Origin: Octopus bimaculoides
Lineage: Eukaryota
Reading direction: 5' to 3'
Assembly (NCBI RefSeq): GCF_001194135.2
Contig: NC_068987.1
Location: forward strand, 24,112,581 to 24,176,580
DNA length: 64,000 bases
The notes beneath the pieces were generated by a model. That model did not search any database and was not told the origin of the DNA. It worked only from the letters and a program-made list of their open reading frames with translations. Shown piece by piece: positions 1 to 12,059 of the stretch. A program made the translations under genes and the position numbers. Positions within the stretch are counted from its first letter, which is position 1, and every line of letters starts with the position of its first letter.

Positions 1-35
<35 letters not shown>

Positions 36-39
36 ATAC

Positions 40-245
40 GTTTGTGTGTCTGTGTTTGTCCCCCCATCTTTGCTTGACAACCGATGCTGGTGTGTTTACG
101 TCCCCGTAACTTAGTGGTTCGGCAAAAGAGACCGATAGAATAAGTACTAGGCTAACAAAGAATAAGTCCTGGGGTCGATTTGCTCGACTAAAGGTGGTGC
201 TCCAGCATGGCCGCAGTCAAATGACTGAAACAAGTAAATGAGTAT
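40..245 (+). mobile_element. 3' part of abundant SINE-like repeat, following a (TA)n(TG)n microsatellite
   Basis: Near-identical to 18470-18680 and 60850-61065 (...GAATAAGTCCTGGGGTCGATTTGCTCGACTAAAGG...AAATGACTGAAACAAGTAAA). Confidence 0.8.
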
Positions 246-1724
246 ATGCTTCATAAAATAGGAGTACCGAAATAACAGCCAAATCTCCAACAAACTCTCT
301 TGGCACACACCCACACACATCTGTATTCAAATCTTGCCATGGTCACTTCATCTTTAATCCTTTCAGGATGGAAAGGAGATGCCAATCTAGAGTGGTAGAT
401 TAGCAAAACTATAAGAACATTGAACCAGATGCTTTACAGTATTTGTTTTGGCTCTTTGCTTTCTGAGTTCAAATCCCACCATAGCCTCCTTAGATGATAG
501 ACTTAGTCCAACACCACCTGACACCTTTTAGCAGAGTCCACCCTATTGCAAACTCTCTAGTTGTTTACTGATCACCTCTACATTGACCACCACAACTGGA
601 CCCTCAACTGATTCTACGATAGCTATAATTAACCTAATTCATTCACACTCTATGTTCAGCAGCACCATTCTAAATACACTTTTCCTCCAATGACATTGTA
701 GTTCACATTAATACATTCTTTTACAATTTTAAGCACTTCACTCATCATTCATTTGATGTAAAATACTTACAAACTGTCATTCCTTCTACCAGCAAGCTAC
801 ATCTGACGTCTATCATCCAGCCTTGTCTCTATATATTCCTCCGTTACTTTCATTCTAATCCAACCAAAACTGTCACTTCTTTAATAACCCTTATTTACTT
901 CACTATTTCATCATAATGTTTTAAATTGTTAATCTGGGGACCCTACTCTAATTATAGAATAAATAATTAGCTTGCAGCATTAGATCTGTTATCACTGTTT
1001 AGTAGTCAGTTATTCTATAATTTTCAATCTAAATACAAGTTTCTAATTCTATTGAGAGACATTTTTCAACAGCCATATTCCCCTTTTCCAAGTTATGGCT
1101 TTCTTCTCAATCAAAAATAATTTTTTTTTCCAATTATTTTACATTTTGAATGCAATAACCTGAAAGAGTGTGTATTTCAATTAAAATCCGGCTTTTACAT
1201 TATTAGTTTGGTCTGGAGGTAAACGCTATGTATACAGCTTCTGCAGGCTCATAGAGACTGGTGAAATTGACATTGTTAACATGTCAACATTAAACAGTTG
1301 CAAAAATATGAGCAGGAAAAAAAAGATCTACACATACTGGGTGGAATATCAGGACGCTCTTGAGAGCTACTGGTAACATGTAATCCAGTACAACCTATCG
1401 CATGGTCGGGTCATCGGTGACTAAACTGGCAACCCCACCAGGCTTGCTTGGTGAGCAGGGTGTTGTTGGACACCCTGCAGGATGAAAAATAAAACCTCTC
1501 AAAGGGAGGATGAACTCCTGAATAGTCAACGGCCATCCAACAAAATGTCTGTAAATATGTATACACCTTTTTTTTTTATGTGTGTATATGTATATTTTTA
1601 CTCTCTCTCTCTTTATATATATATATATATATATTATTTTATGTCTTTTAATTGCATATCTTTTGCTTTTCTTTATACAATATTATTTATATATAATTCT
1701 TATTCACACATGGCACCTTTTTTT

Positions 1725-1934
1725 NNNNNNNNNNNNNNNNNNNNNNNNNNNNNNNNNNNNNNNNNNNNNNNNNNNNNNNNNNNNNNNNNNNNNNNNNNNN
1801 NNNNNNNNNNNNNNNNNNNNNNNNNNNNNNNNNNNNNNNNNNNNNNNNNNNNNNNNNNNNNNNNNNNNNNNNNNNNNNNNNNNNNNNNNNNNNNNNNNNN
1901 NNNNNNNNNNNNNNNNNNNNNNNNNNNNNNNNNN
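1725..1934. other. Assembly gap (N run)
   Basis: Run of N. Confidence 1.
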
Positions 1935-3843
1935 GTGAAGGTGGTTGAAGGTGATGCCATGCAAGCTGGCTATAAAGGCGAACTACGACAAACTTATCTT
2001 TGCATGTTGGAATGTTCACACCCTCCTTGATGATGTTTCACATGATGAGCCGGACACTCGATGACCCCCACGACGCACTGCTATTGTAGCCACTGAACTC
2101 AAGCGCTACAATGTCGACATTGCTGCACTCAGTGAGACTCGTTTCCCTGATGAGGGTTCCCTCACTGAAGAAGCTGGTGGATACACCTTCTTCTGGAAAG
2201 GACATCCCTCTGGGATGCCCCATTTGCATGGGGTTGGTTTCGCAATAAAGAACAGCCTATTGCAGAAAATTCCTGGAGTATCCTCCTGTATCAGCGAGTG
2301 CCTAATGACAATCAAAATCCTACTTTCAAACAAACGCTTTCTAACAATTCTCAGCGTTTATGGACCAACTCTTGACTCTGATGAAGAGGTAAAAGACGCC
2401 TTCTATGATTCTCTGCATACTGCGTTTCAGAACATCTCCCGATCAGACAAGATCGTACTCATGGGTGACTTCCACTCCCGTGTTGGGTGTGACAATGCCG
2501 TCTTCACGGCACAGGGAAAATGAACGCTAATGGACAGAGACTACTCACTTTCTGCTCTGAGTATGACCTGTGCATCACTAACACCCTCTTTAAAAAGCGG
2601 GACATTTACAAAACATCATGGATGCACCCGCATTCCAAAAAGTGGCATCTAGACTACATCATTATCCGTTGTCAAGACATGGGTGATGTCCTCCATACTC
2701 GCGCAGTGCATGGAGCAGATTGCTGGTCGAACCACAATCTTATCCGCTCCAAGCTTAGAATCAACATTCAACCCCCTAGTCGACAGCATCAAAACGACTA
2801 AACACCACGAAACTGTATGATCCTGAGAATCGTGGCCTTTTTCAAGATCACCAATGAACCAGCCAGCCTTCAGCAGAACCTAAATGTTGTGTGCAACACC
2901 TATCATCGGGCTGGACTCCAGGTCAACACCAAGAAAACAGAGATCCTTCAATGCTCCAAAAATGGTTTACCCCATGACTCTTTCGATCCAAGACAACCAG
3001 CTAAAGAACACCGAGAAATTCACCTATTTGGGTAGCATCATCTCAAGCAATGGGATCATTGACCACAAAATTCAGAATCGCATCCACCTTGCCTTCTCCG
3101 CTTTTGGATGTCTCAAGGATAGGGTCTTCCTTAATCCTGATCTGAATCTCTCCACGAAAATCGAGGTTTATTGTGGTTTATTTGTTGTGGTTTCCATGCT
3201 TCTGTATGCCTCAGAAACCTGGACACTATATTCATCATGTCAAACTCCTCAAATTCTTTCACATCCGCTGTCTCCAGCGAATTCTTCATCTGACCTGGAA
3301 GGACAAGATCCCACATATGGAGATCCTGAGATGAGCAAAATTGACCAGCATGATCCTCGAACATCAACTGCACTGGGTGGGGCATGTTATCAGGATTCCA
3401 GAAAACCGTATACCCAAGATTGTCCTTTTCGAGAAGTTAGCAGAGGGTAACTGACCGCATGGAGGTCCAAAGAAGCGATGTAAAGATTATCTCAAGAAAT
3501 CCCTGAAGCTCTGCAACATCCTCCCTGGTAAAATTGAAACACTGGCCACAGACCGTACTACCTGGAGGGGTATGGTCAAAACTGGTACGCAGCATTTTGA
3601 GGATGAGCGGACTAGACTTCACAAGGAAAATCAGAAACAGCTCAAGGAATGTCAGCAAAATCCTAGATGAGCTCATCTTCGTTGGAGCCCTCTTCGCTGT
3701 TCTCAGTGTAATCGGACATGTGCCTCTAGAATCGGCCTTTTCGGCCATGAGAGGGCCTGCCAACGCCATCAAGACAACCCCTAAGGATCAAAGACAACGT
3801 CATCATTTGTCAAGATGGACTGCCAAAGAAGAAGAGAAGAAGG
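1935..3843 (+). mobile_element. Degenerate RTE-clade LINE, internally deleted
   Basis: APE endonuclease motifs (LIFACWNVHTLLD, DIAALSETR, MGDFHSRVG, HLDYII, DCWSNH), then only the distal RT/thumb (FTYLGSIIS, LLYASETW), a C-terminal Cys/His region and a (GAA)-rich tail at ~3825-3843. Many frameshifts and stops. Confidence 0.85.
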
Positions 3844-4717
3844 AATGGGACCTGCAGACATGCATAGAAAAGGGACAAAGCTCATCTATAGACTGGAGTT
3901 TAGAACATCTTAGTGAATGACTATACGCCAATCAGTTGAGACGCATTTCTTTAGATGTACTCTTGGATATATTTGTGTTGCAGCAATACTTCATTGTAGG
4001 TTGTACCTGACCTTTGTTGAGGGTTAATAGTTATTGGATGCTGAAGTGTTTTCCAGCCTTGAAAAGATCAGATCAATCACCTCCCAAAGACACAAACTCA
4101 CTATTGCAGAAACAATGAAATAAGCTTATCTATATTACAGGCAAATTTTCATACACTTCAAACATTTGAAAGTCTAAGGAATATGAGAGTACAACATGAT
4201 GACTCTCAAAAGCTGCCTGCACACACATACCATTTTATTTTTACAAACAAAACTACTAGAAATGAAAGTTGAATGGACGAATCTGCTTGTATTGAAACAT
4301 CAATTCAAAGACAAACAAGTACTTCAGATGCAAAACACAATTGTTGACTGTTCACAGTATCACAATACTGATATTTCCACAACCAGACTAGTTATAAAAG
4401 TTAATCTGTTGAGAAGATCACACATTTAAATAAAGTTTGATTACAAAACATTGCAATACTTCATTTGTTATTTACGCTAACTTTCTACCAGAGAAATTGT
4501 CACATTCAAAAGTGTAAATCTTTAACTCATTTTCATTACAGTAAAAAATTTAAATAATCTCCAGCAAAGGTTTTTCAGAGAGAGAATATTGAGGTAAAGA
4601 AAATAAAATTTTGTCCATTTTCTTGTAATATCCAATCATATTTCACCAAATTCTGTCCTAGAGGAATTCCTTCCAGTTTCATGAAGTAATAATTTACACA
4701 ATGTCTTCCAAGTTATC

Positions 4718-6013
4718 CTATTGTTCTAAGGTTTGACTTCCGTGTGACTTTTTCTTATGATTAGTTAAAATTCTATTCTCAGAGAAAGTTTTACCACAGA
4801 TGTCACAATGATAGGGTTTCTCACCTGTGTGGACAGGCCTGTGACGAGTTAAGCTTTGATTATCAGAATATGTTTTACCACAAATATCACAGCTATATGG
4901 TCTCTCACCTGTATGGCCACGTACATGAATTGTTAAATGACCTCTTTGAGAAAATGTCTTACCACAGATATCACAATGATATGGTTTTTCACCTGTATGG
5001 ACACGTACATGTTGAGTTAGATGACCATTTTGAGAGAATGTTTTACCACAAATATCACAATGGTATGGTTTCTCACCAGTGTGTGTGCGTATGTGTCTAG
5101 TTAATGTACTATTGTCAGAGAATGTTTTACCACAAATATCACAGTGGTATGGGTTGTCACCAGTGTGTATGCGTATATGGTTAGTTAAACCACTACTGTT
5201 AGAGAATGTTTTTCCACAGATATCACAGTAAAATGGTTTATGTCCTGTGTGAACTTGCTTGTGACTAGTTAAACTACTATATGCAGAGAAATTTTTCCCA
5301 CAGACTGTACAATTGTATGGTCTCTCACCAGTATGAATACGTACATGAAGAGTTAAGTGACTACTCCGAGAGAAGGATTTACCACAGATATCACAGTGAA
5401 ATGGATTCTCACCTGTGTGAATACGTACATGTTCAGTTAAGTGACCATTCTGAGAGAATGTTTTCCCACAGATATCACAGTGGTATGGTTTCTCACCAGT
5501 ATGCATACGTATGTGTTTCGTTAATCCACTTCCATCAAAGAATCTCTTTCCACATATATCACATGGGTATGGTTTCTCACCAGTGTGCATACGAATGTGC
5601 TTAGTTAAACTATTACTGTCAGAAAATGATTTTCCACAGATATCACAGTGGTATGGTTTCTCACCAGTGTGCATTCGTATATGTCTAGTTAATGCACTAT
5701 TGTCAGAGAATCTTTTCCCACAGACATCACAGTGGTATCGGTTGTCACCAGTGTGCATGCGAATGTGCCTACTCAATGTGCTGCTACCAGAGAATGTTTT
5801 CCCACAGATATCACAGTGGTATGGGTTGTCACCAGTGTGCACACGTACATGTCTAGTTAATGCACTGTTGTCAGAGAATCCTTTCCCACAAATATCACAG
5901 TGGAATGCTTTATCTCTGACTTGTTTGTGATTAGCTAACAAAGAGAAAATTTTCTCTTCGATATCACAACGGTATGGTTTCTCACCCATGTGAGTATCTT
6001 TATAATTAGTCAT
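4718..6013 (-). CDS. C2H2 ZNF gene 1, 431 aa, 14 intact fingers after 2 degenerate repeats
   Basis: Uninterrupted ORF of CxxC-x12-H-x3/4-H repeats with TGEKP-type linkers. Starts at the ATG of an ancestral helix (MTNY), with A at -3. Confidence 0.85.
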   Translation of the reverse strand: MTNYKDTHMGEKPYRCDIEEKIFSLLANHKQVRDKAFHCDICGKGFSDNSALTRHVRVHTGDNPYHCDICGKTFSGSSTLSRHIRMHTGDNRYHCDVCGKRFSDNSALTRHIRMHTGEKPYHCDICGKSFSDSNSLTKHIRMHTGEKPYPCDICGKRFFDGSGLTKHIRMHTGEKPYHCDICGKTFSQNGHLTEHVRIHTGENPFHCDICGKSFSRSSHLTLHVRIHTGERPYNCTVCGKNFSAYSSLTSHKQVHTGHKPFYCDICGKTFSNSSGLTNHIRIHTGDNPYHCDICGKTFSDNSTLTRHIRTHTGEKPYHCDICGKTFSQNGHLTQHVRVHTGEKPYHCDICGKTFSQRGHLTIHVRGHTGERPYSCDICGKTYSDNQSLTRHRPVHTGEKPYHCDICGKTFSENRILTNHKKKSHGSQTLEQ

Positions 6014-6627
<614 letters not shown>

Positions 6628-6634
6628 CTGAATT

Positions 6635-6729
6635 CATCATCGTCGTTTAATGTCCGCTTTCCATGCTAGCATGGGTTGGATGATTTGACTGAGGACTGGT
6701 GAAACCAGATGGCTACACCAGGCTCCAAT
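6635..6729 (-). mobile_element. 5'-truncated retroposon 3' end with (GAT)n tail
   Basis: Matches the 3' end of 26880-27197. Flanked by CTGAATT at 6628-6634 and 6730-6736 (candidate target-site duplication). Confidence 0.75.
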
Positions 6730-7234
6730 CTGAATTATATGTTTATAAACTTGATTTTAATTTTGCTGCAACTTATGGTTATGAACAATAGTTACTTGTG
6801 TACTTGATAACATTAGTTTTGTTTTAAAAACTGACAAATTTCTTGAACTGGCAATTTCCATTTCAATGTCACCACAAACCCTGAAATAGAGAATATAAAG
6901 TAGAAAGGACAAAGCAAAATTGAATGGAGGTTATTAAAAAGGAGGGACTTGACTAGAGACATTGAATATTAAAATAACAAAGATCAGAAAATACTTACAG
7001 AAGCAAGACACAATAGTACGGATATGTAGTGGAAATGGATGATATAATGTGTACATGAGGACTTTAGAAGGAAGATAATAATGGGGTGTACAGATAGAGA
7101 AAACAGATCAAAATGATTTTAGTGGAAATTAGATATGAACAGATATTAACTGAAAAAACGTTTTTTTTTTCAGACATCTATTAAACATATATGAAAAAAA
7201 ATTTATTGTTAACAATTATGCATGAGAATATGTA

Positions 7235-7390
7235 CATATGTGGTTGAGATGTTTTCTTCCCAACAAAGAGGTTTCGGGTACAATCCCACTGCATGCCACC
7301 TTGGGCAAGTATCTTTTACTATCACCTTGGGTCAACCAAAGTTTTATGAGTAGATTTGGTAAATGAAACTGAAAGAAGCCCTTTGTGTAT
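7235..7390 (+). mobile_element. Degenerate tRNA-derived SINE head
   Basis: Diverged match to 60656-60830 (CCTTGGGCAAGT...GAAACTGAAAGAAGCC). Confidence 0.65.
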
Positions 7391-7581
7391 TTAATCATCA
7401 TCATTTTAAGATCCAGTTTCCCACACTTACAGAATTTGTTGAAGCAGATTTTCTATGACCAGATATGTTTTTCATGGAAAAGTGGAAGCAAATGGCACAG
7501 CATGCCTCATGGTGACATAATGCAATATCAAGACAAGGAGGCACAAATTACACACACACACACACACACACATACACATAA

Positions 7582-7905
7582 GGCACAGGCATGGCTGTGT
7601 GATAAGAAGCTTGCTTCCCAACCACATGGTTCCAGGTTCAGTCTCACTGTGGGCAAGTGTCTTTTACTGTAGCCTTGGACCAACCAAAGCATTGTGAGTG
7701 AATTTGGTAGACAGAAACTGAAAGAAGTCCGTCGTATATATACATGTGTGTGTGTGTGTGCGTGTTTGTCCCCACCACCATGACTTGACAATCGATGTTG
7801 GTGTGTTTACGTTCCCATAACTTAGAGGTTCGGTAACAGAGATCAAAACCCGTTAAAGCAGTGCTCCAGCATGACAAGTCAAATGACTGAAACAAGTAAA
7901 AGATT
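7582..7905 (+). mobile_element. tRNA-derived composite SINE
   Basis: Head GGCTGTGTGATAAGAAGCTTGC...GGTTCAGTC, internal (TG)n and family 3' end. Homologous to 60656-61065. Confidence 0.8.
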
Positions 7906-8289
7906 AAATATATATATATATATATATATATATAGTTCAAAAACACAATAACAAAAAAACAAAAAAACAACAAGGTGAGGACGTGATATGGATAGTATTA
8001 TTGGACGCTCAGGAAAGGAAAGAGAGAGTGTATATATATATTGCACCCATGATTGCAAGTTCATGGTTTTGATTTCCAAATCAGTAGTGCATTGTGTTCT
8101 TGAGCAAAAAACTTCATTTCACATTGCTTCAGTTCACTCGGCTGTAAATGGATGATCTATTGGTAGCAGGCCACATCATTCAGCAGGGTGACATTGTTCG
8201 AAAGCTACAGCAATACAAGGAAGTGTACTGTGATTAGCAGTGTATAATATCCAATAATCTGGTCAATACAGTGATATACATATATATAT

Positions 8290-8450
8290 TCTTTTATTCT
8301 TTTCCATGTTTCAGTCATTTGACTACAGCCATGCTGGAGTACTGCCTTAAAAGGTTTTTTTTTAGTCAAAGAAATTGACCCAGGACTTATTCTTTGTAAG
8401 CCTAGTACTTATTCTATTAGTCTTTTTTTTTTTTGTCAAACTGCTAAGTT
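8290..8450 (-). mobile_element. SINE 3' part, reverse orientation
   Basis: Reverse complement of the 40-245 family (TTTCAGTCATTTGACT...CCATGCTGGAG). Confidence 0.7.
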
Positions 8451-8454
8451 GGCA

Positions 8455-8790
8455 GAGTTTCTACAGCTGGATGCCCTTCCTAACACTAACCACTCCAAGA
8501 GTGTAGTGGGTGCTTTTACGTGCCACCGGCACGAGGGCCAGTCAGGCAGTACTGGCAACAGCCATGCTCAAATGGTAACGATCACGCTCGAATGGTGCTT
8601 TTTACGTGCCACCGGCATGGAAGCCAGTCAACTGCTCTGGTAACGATCACACTCGGATGGTGCTCTTAGCGCTCCACTAGCACGGATACCAGTCATCGAA
8701 TTTGATTTCGATTTCACTTGCCTCAACAGGTCTTCACAAGCAGAGTTTAGTGTCCAATGAAGGAAAGGTGCGCATACATGATATAGATTG
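8455..8790 (-). mobile_element. Retroposon 3' region of the (GAT)n-tail family
   Basis: Reverse complement matches 26880-27100 (GATGCCCTTCCTAAC...TTTTACGTGCCACCGGC). Confidence 0.7.
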
Positions 8791-10149
8791 TTGTGTATGA
8801 CACTATAACCATGCACAACGATTTAAAATACTCGTGAATGGGGCTAAAAATTAAATGTAACCAGCCTTCTTTCGTTTTATGATCACTGAACGAAGGCAGA
8901 AAGTTATTGTGTATAATTGGCATTAAAAATTTTGAATATCATTTTTTAATTTTTTATCAGTACTGCAATATTGTAATCAATTGTAATCTCCGTAATTTTA
9001 AGAGTTGACGCTAAGAAAAAAAAAAAATCGAAAAATGTTAAGAGCAGAAAAATTCAAGAAAAGAATTCAAAATTTGAAAAACTATTTCTGGTAAAATCGT
9101 AGGGTCTTTTCTGTACACCAAATTTGAAAACAACTAAAACACTATAATAAAAAAAAAGAAAAGTGTGACAGCAACAGAAAAGGTCTAAATCGTTATCTCC
9201 GTTGTTAAAAACATGAATCTGAAGAAATATCTTCATTGGGTGGAGGGAGAGAATGGAAAGGAAGGTTTATCCGACAAGTCCACCCGATCATTGCTTAACA
9301 GTGTCATTATTTCCACTTTCATTTTCCATTCATGAAAATGAAATAATACCATATAACACATAATTTTTTTAATGTGCTTACTTAGCATGTCTAATCAAAG
9401 ATAACCAAGACTGAAAGCCACAATAAAATGATAGCAAATAGAATTGTTTAAATTCGGTTTTTAAAAACATGTTTATCATTATTGATTATATATGATGTAC
9501 AACATCAACACCCATCAACACACGCTTTAGTTTGACCGTATAAACTGGGTATTGATGTGTTCCTATTTCTTTAAAGTGAATATGATTTAACACACTGAAC
9601 ACAAGAAAAACATATTTTATATACACATAGAGGCTTAATCAAAAGAGAAACTCAACTCTGGATATCCAAAATATCGACTGCAATTGATTTAGTTCTAACG
9701 AGATTTAGCTAACAAGAGAAAAACGATGCAGAACATTGTGATAATACGTCGTAATTAATAAATAAACTTCAATGTCACCATGTATAGTGTTGCTAAATAG
9801 TTTCTCAAACAGAACATCACCAACGACTACTTTTTTTTATTTTAGATAAAAAATTAAACCTGGATGTAAATAACACCTGACCATTAATATTGTAGGCTGC
9901 TAAAACAGATGTTTTCACAAAAATATCTAAAACATTATATTCAATAATTAGCTACTGATAACAGATCAACTTACCGTTTTCTTTCTTGTCTTCTTTCATT
10001 ACTTGGTGTAATAATATTGAGACATGAACGGATTTGAGGGCAATTAACGGACATTATTAGTACACAAATATACCAACATACTCAATTAGTGAACAGCAGT
10101 GATAATACAGCCCAAACTAACCGATACAGATACATCAGTATAAATTCTT

Positions 10150-10168
10150 CAGCCATACTTTCACAAAA
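10150..10168 (-). promoter_or_regulatory. Candidate promoter motif of gene 1, CpG-decayed copy
   Basis: CAGCCATACTTTCACAAAA versus consensus CAGCCGTACTTTCGTAAAA; ~175 bp upstream of the donor. Confidence 0.5.
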
Positions 10169-11175
10169 TGGGTTGTTTATTCATTCTCTACTATGTTATA
10201 TACATGAAAGGAATGGTATGTATAAAATACCTTATGATTCTAAAAAAGCAGCATCTAAGTTTTTTTGACGTAAATTATTTCAGGGTTTGGATTAATTACA
10301 ACCTAGCTCAAAGGGCTGAAAGCGAAGTTAACCTTACAGTGGGAGGAGGGGGAAGTGGCAAAATAAGGTGTTTTTACTGCATTTTTGATTTGAGACAAAA
10401 TATATTTTTTTACAAATGTTCACTACCTTACAAAACTACATCAGTTAAGCAAATGACCTTCCCTGATTTCATTAAAAGCATTATAACGTAATCTGATCTC
10501 AATTTCAAAAATTATCGCCATTCTCTTTGAGCATATAAAAGACAATTTTGGTTGGGGCAAAATGAGTAAGCCAAGATAAAGTAAATTTGACACTTCAGTT
10601 TTCCAGAAAACTGATTCATACACATCAATATCTATCTCTAGTCATCAAAAAGATCAGAAATATTTTTTTTAAATTTAATATCTAGGTTAAATGAAAGAGG
10701 ATCAGGGAAAATGGCACATGATATGAAATTAACAAATCTCAACTAAATATATAAAAAACTTCAACATAAAATATCTATAGCTTCATCACGATCTGCTCGA
10801 GTGTCCTCTTTGTGATATATCTACTCACCATGCAGTTCAGGAGAAGAAATCATTGGAATTAGACATTGCTCATTTTACCTCATGTCTATACATCATGTTT
10901 TAAAACTTTAAAATTATCAAACTAGACATTTGTGTGAGAAAAAAATTGAATTGGAATCCAAGAGAGAAGAATATTGATTGTTAAACACCAAAAATTATCC
11001 AGATATTTTGTTAGCAGCCACAATTACAATCAAGTCAAGTTTGAGGAAAAATTTCTTGATAAGAGGACCTACCAACTGACTATGTGTCAGACTCTCTCAA
11101 CTTCAACAACAACAACAACAACTGTGCTGATCAATTTTTGCTCATGATGCAACAGTACAAAATAATCTTTTCTAC

Positions 11176-11365
11176 TCTAGGCACAAGGCCCAAAATTTCG
11201 GGGAAGGGGGCCAGTCAATTAGATTGACTCCAGTATACAACTGGTACTTAATTTATCGATCCCAAAAGGATGAAAGGCAAAGTCGACCTCAGCAGAATTT
11301 GAACTCAGAACATAAAGACAAACTAAATACTGCTAAGTATTTCACCAGGCGTGCTAACATTTATG
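11176..11365 (-). mobile_element. tRNA-derived SINE (family of 14232-14457)
   Basis: Reverse complement contains TTCTGAGTTCAAATTCTGCTGAGGTCGACTTTGCCTTTCATCC. Confidence 0.75.
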
Positions 11366-12059
11366 CCTTGCAACAGTGCAAAATAATGATGCAATCCTTG
11401 CAATTTCAAACATGCAGGGAGAAAATAATGAAAAATCAGAAGTTATTCATTAGGAAATTTCAGTTAACTGAGGATTTTTTTTACTTATATTATTCAGTAC
11501 TCCACAACTTAAATTATTTCTAAATTCATGGCATTGGTCTTCTTGAGTTATTTCCCATAGCTTGCTTTAGGTAAACTTCTACTCTCCCTAAATCTATTTC
11601 TATATGTAAAAATCCTTGTTGTCGAATGATAAATCAGGTTCAACTTTGACTACTGTCCAATAATTTTGATACAAGGTCATACCAGTCACCTTATAAGATT
11701 TTCCATTAAATATGTAAATTTTGTGAAGGTGAGTTTTGATTTCTTGTTAACAATTATCTCCAGGTTTGTTTTCTTTCTTCAACTAAAAAGACATTTCTAT
11801 TCATTGAGAAATTTTTCCATATGTCACTTTAACTTATTTATTATGCTGTAGGCATTTGGTATTGATCAAATTGAGGTTTATTGTTTCTCTATAAATCCAC
11901 TAGAACTGCTGACAGTACTATTCAAACAATTAGTCTTAAAACAGTAATAAATTTTTCTCTTGCTCTACCTCAAAAAAGATATTCCAGAATATACAGACCT
12001 GTAGTGAAGTTCAGGTTAATACATAATTAAGTCAACACTATGATACTAACATTATTTCC

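Larger units (their letters stand above)
6881..9974 (-). other. Predicted intron 1 of gene 1
   Basis: Donor GTAAGTTGATCTG (ACTTAC at 9969-9974) and acceptor TTCTCTATTTCAG (CTG at 6881-6883), both conserved across paralogs. Confidence 0.6.

Noticed and set aside
1345-1450. HDV-like ribozyme fit (CCAGT/ACTGG as P2, ACC/GGT as P3)
   Set aside because: No P1 helix and no P1.1 pairing could be formed.
1482-2030. ORFs spanning N gaps and (TA)n tracts (also 23523-24152 and 30506-31014)
   Set aside because: Artefacts of unknown bases and microsatellites.
4870-5930. Overlapping antisense ORFs (MFYHKYHS...) over every ZNF gene
   Set aside because: Shadow frames of the repetitive finger codons; they recur only where fingers are encoded.
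4718-6013. 84-nt periodic repeat resembling a CRISPR or satellite array
   Set aside because: The period equals the 28-aa finger unit; there is no repeat-spacer structure and no cas genes.
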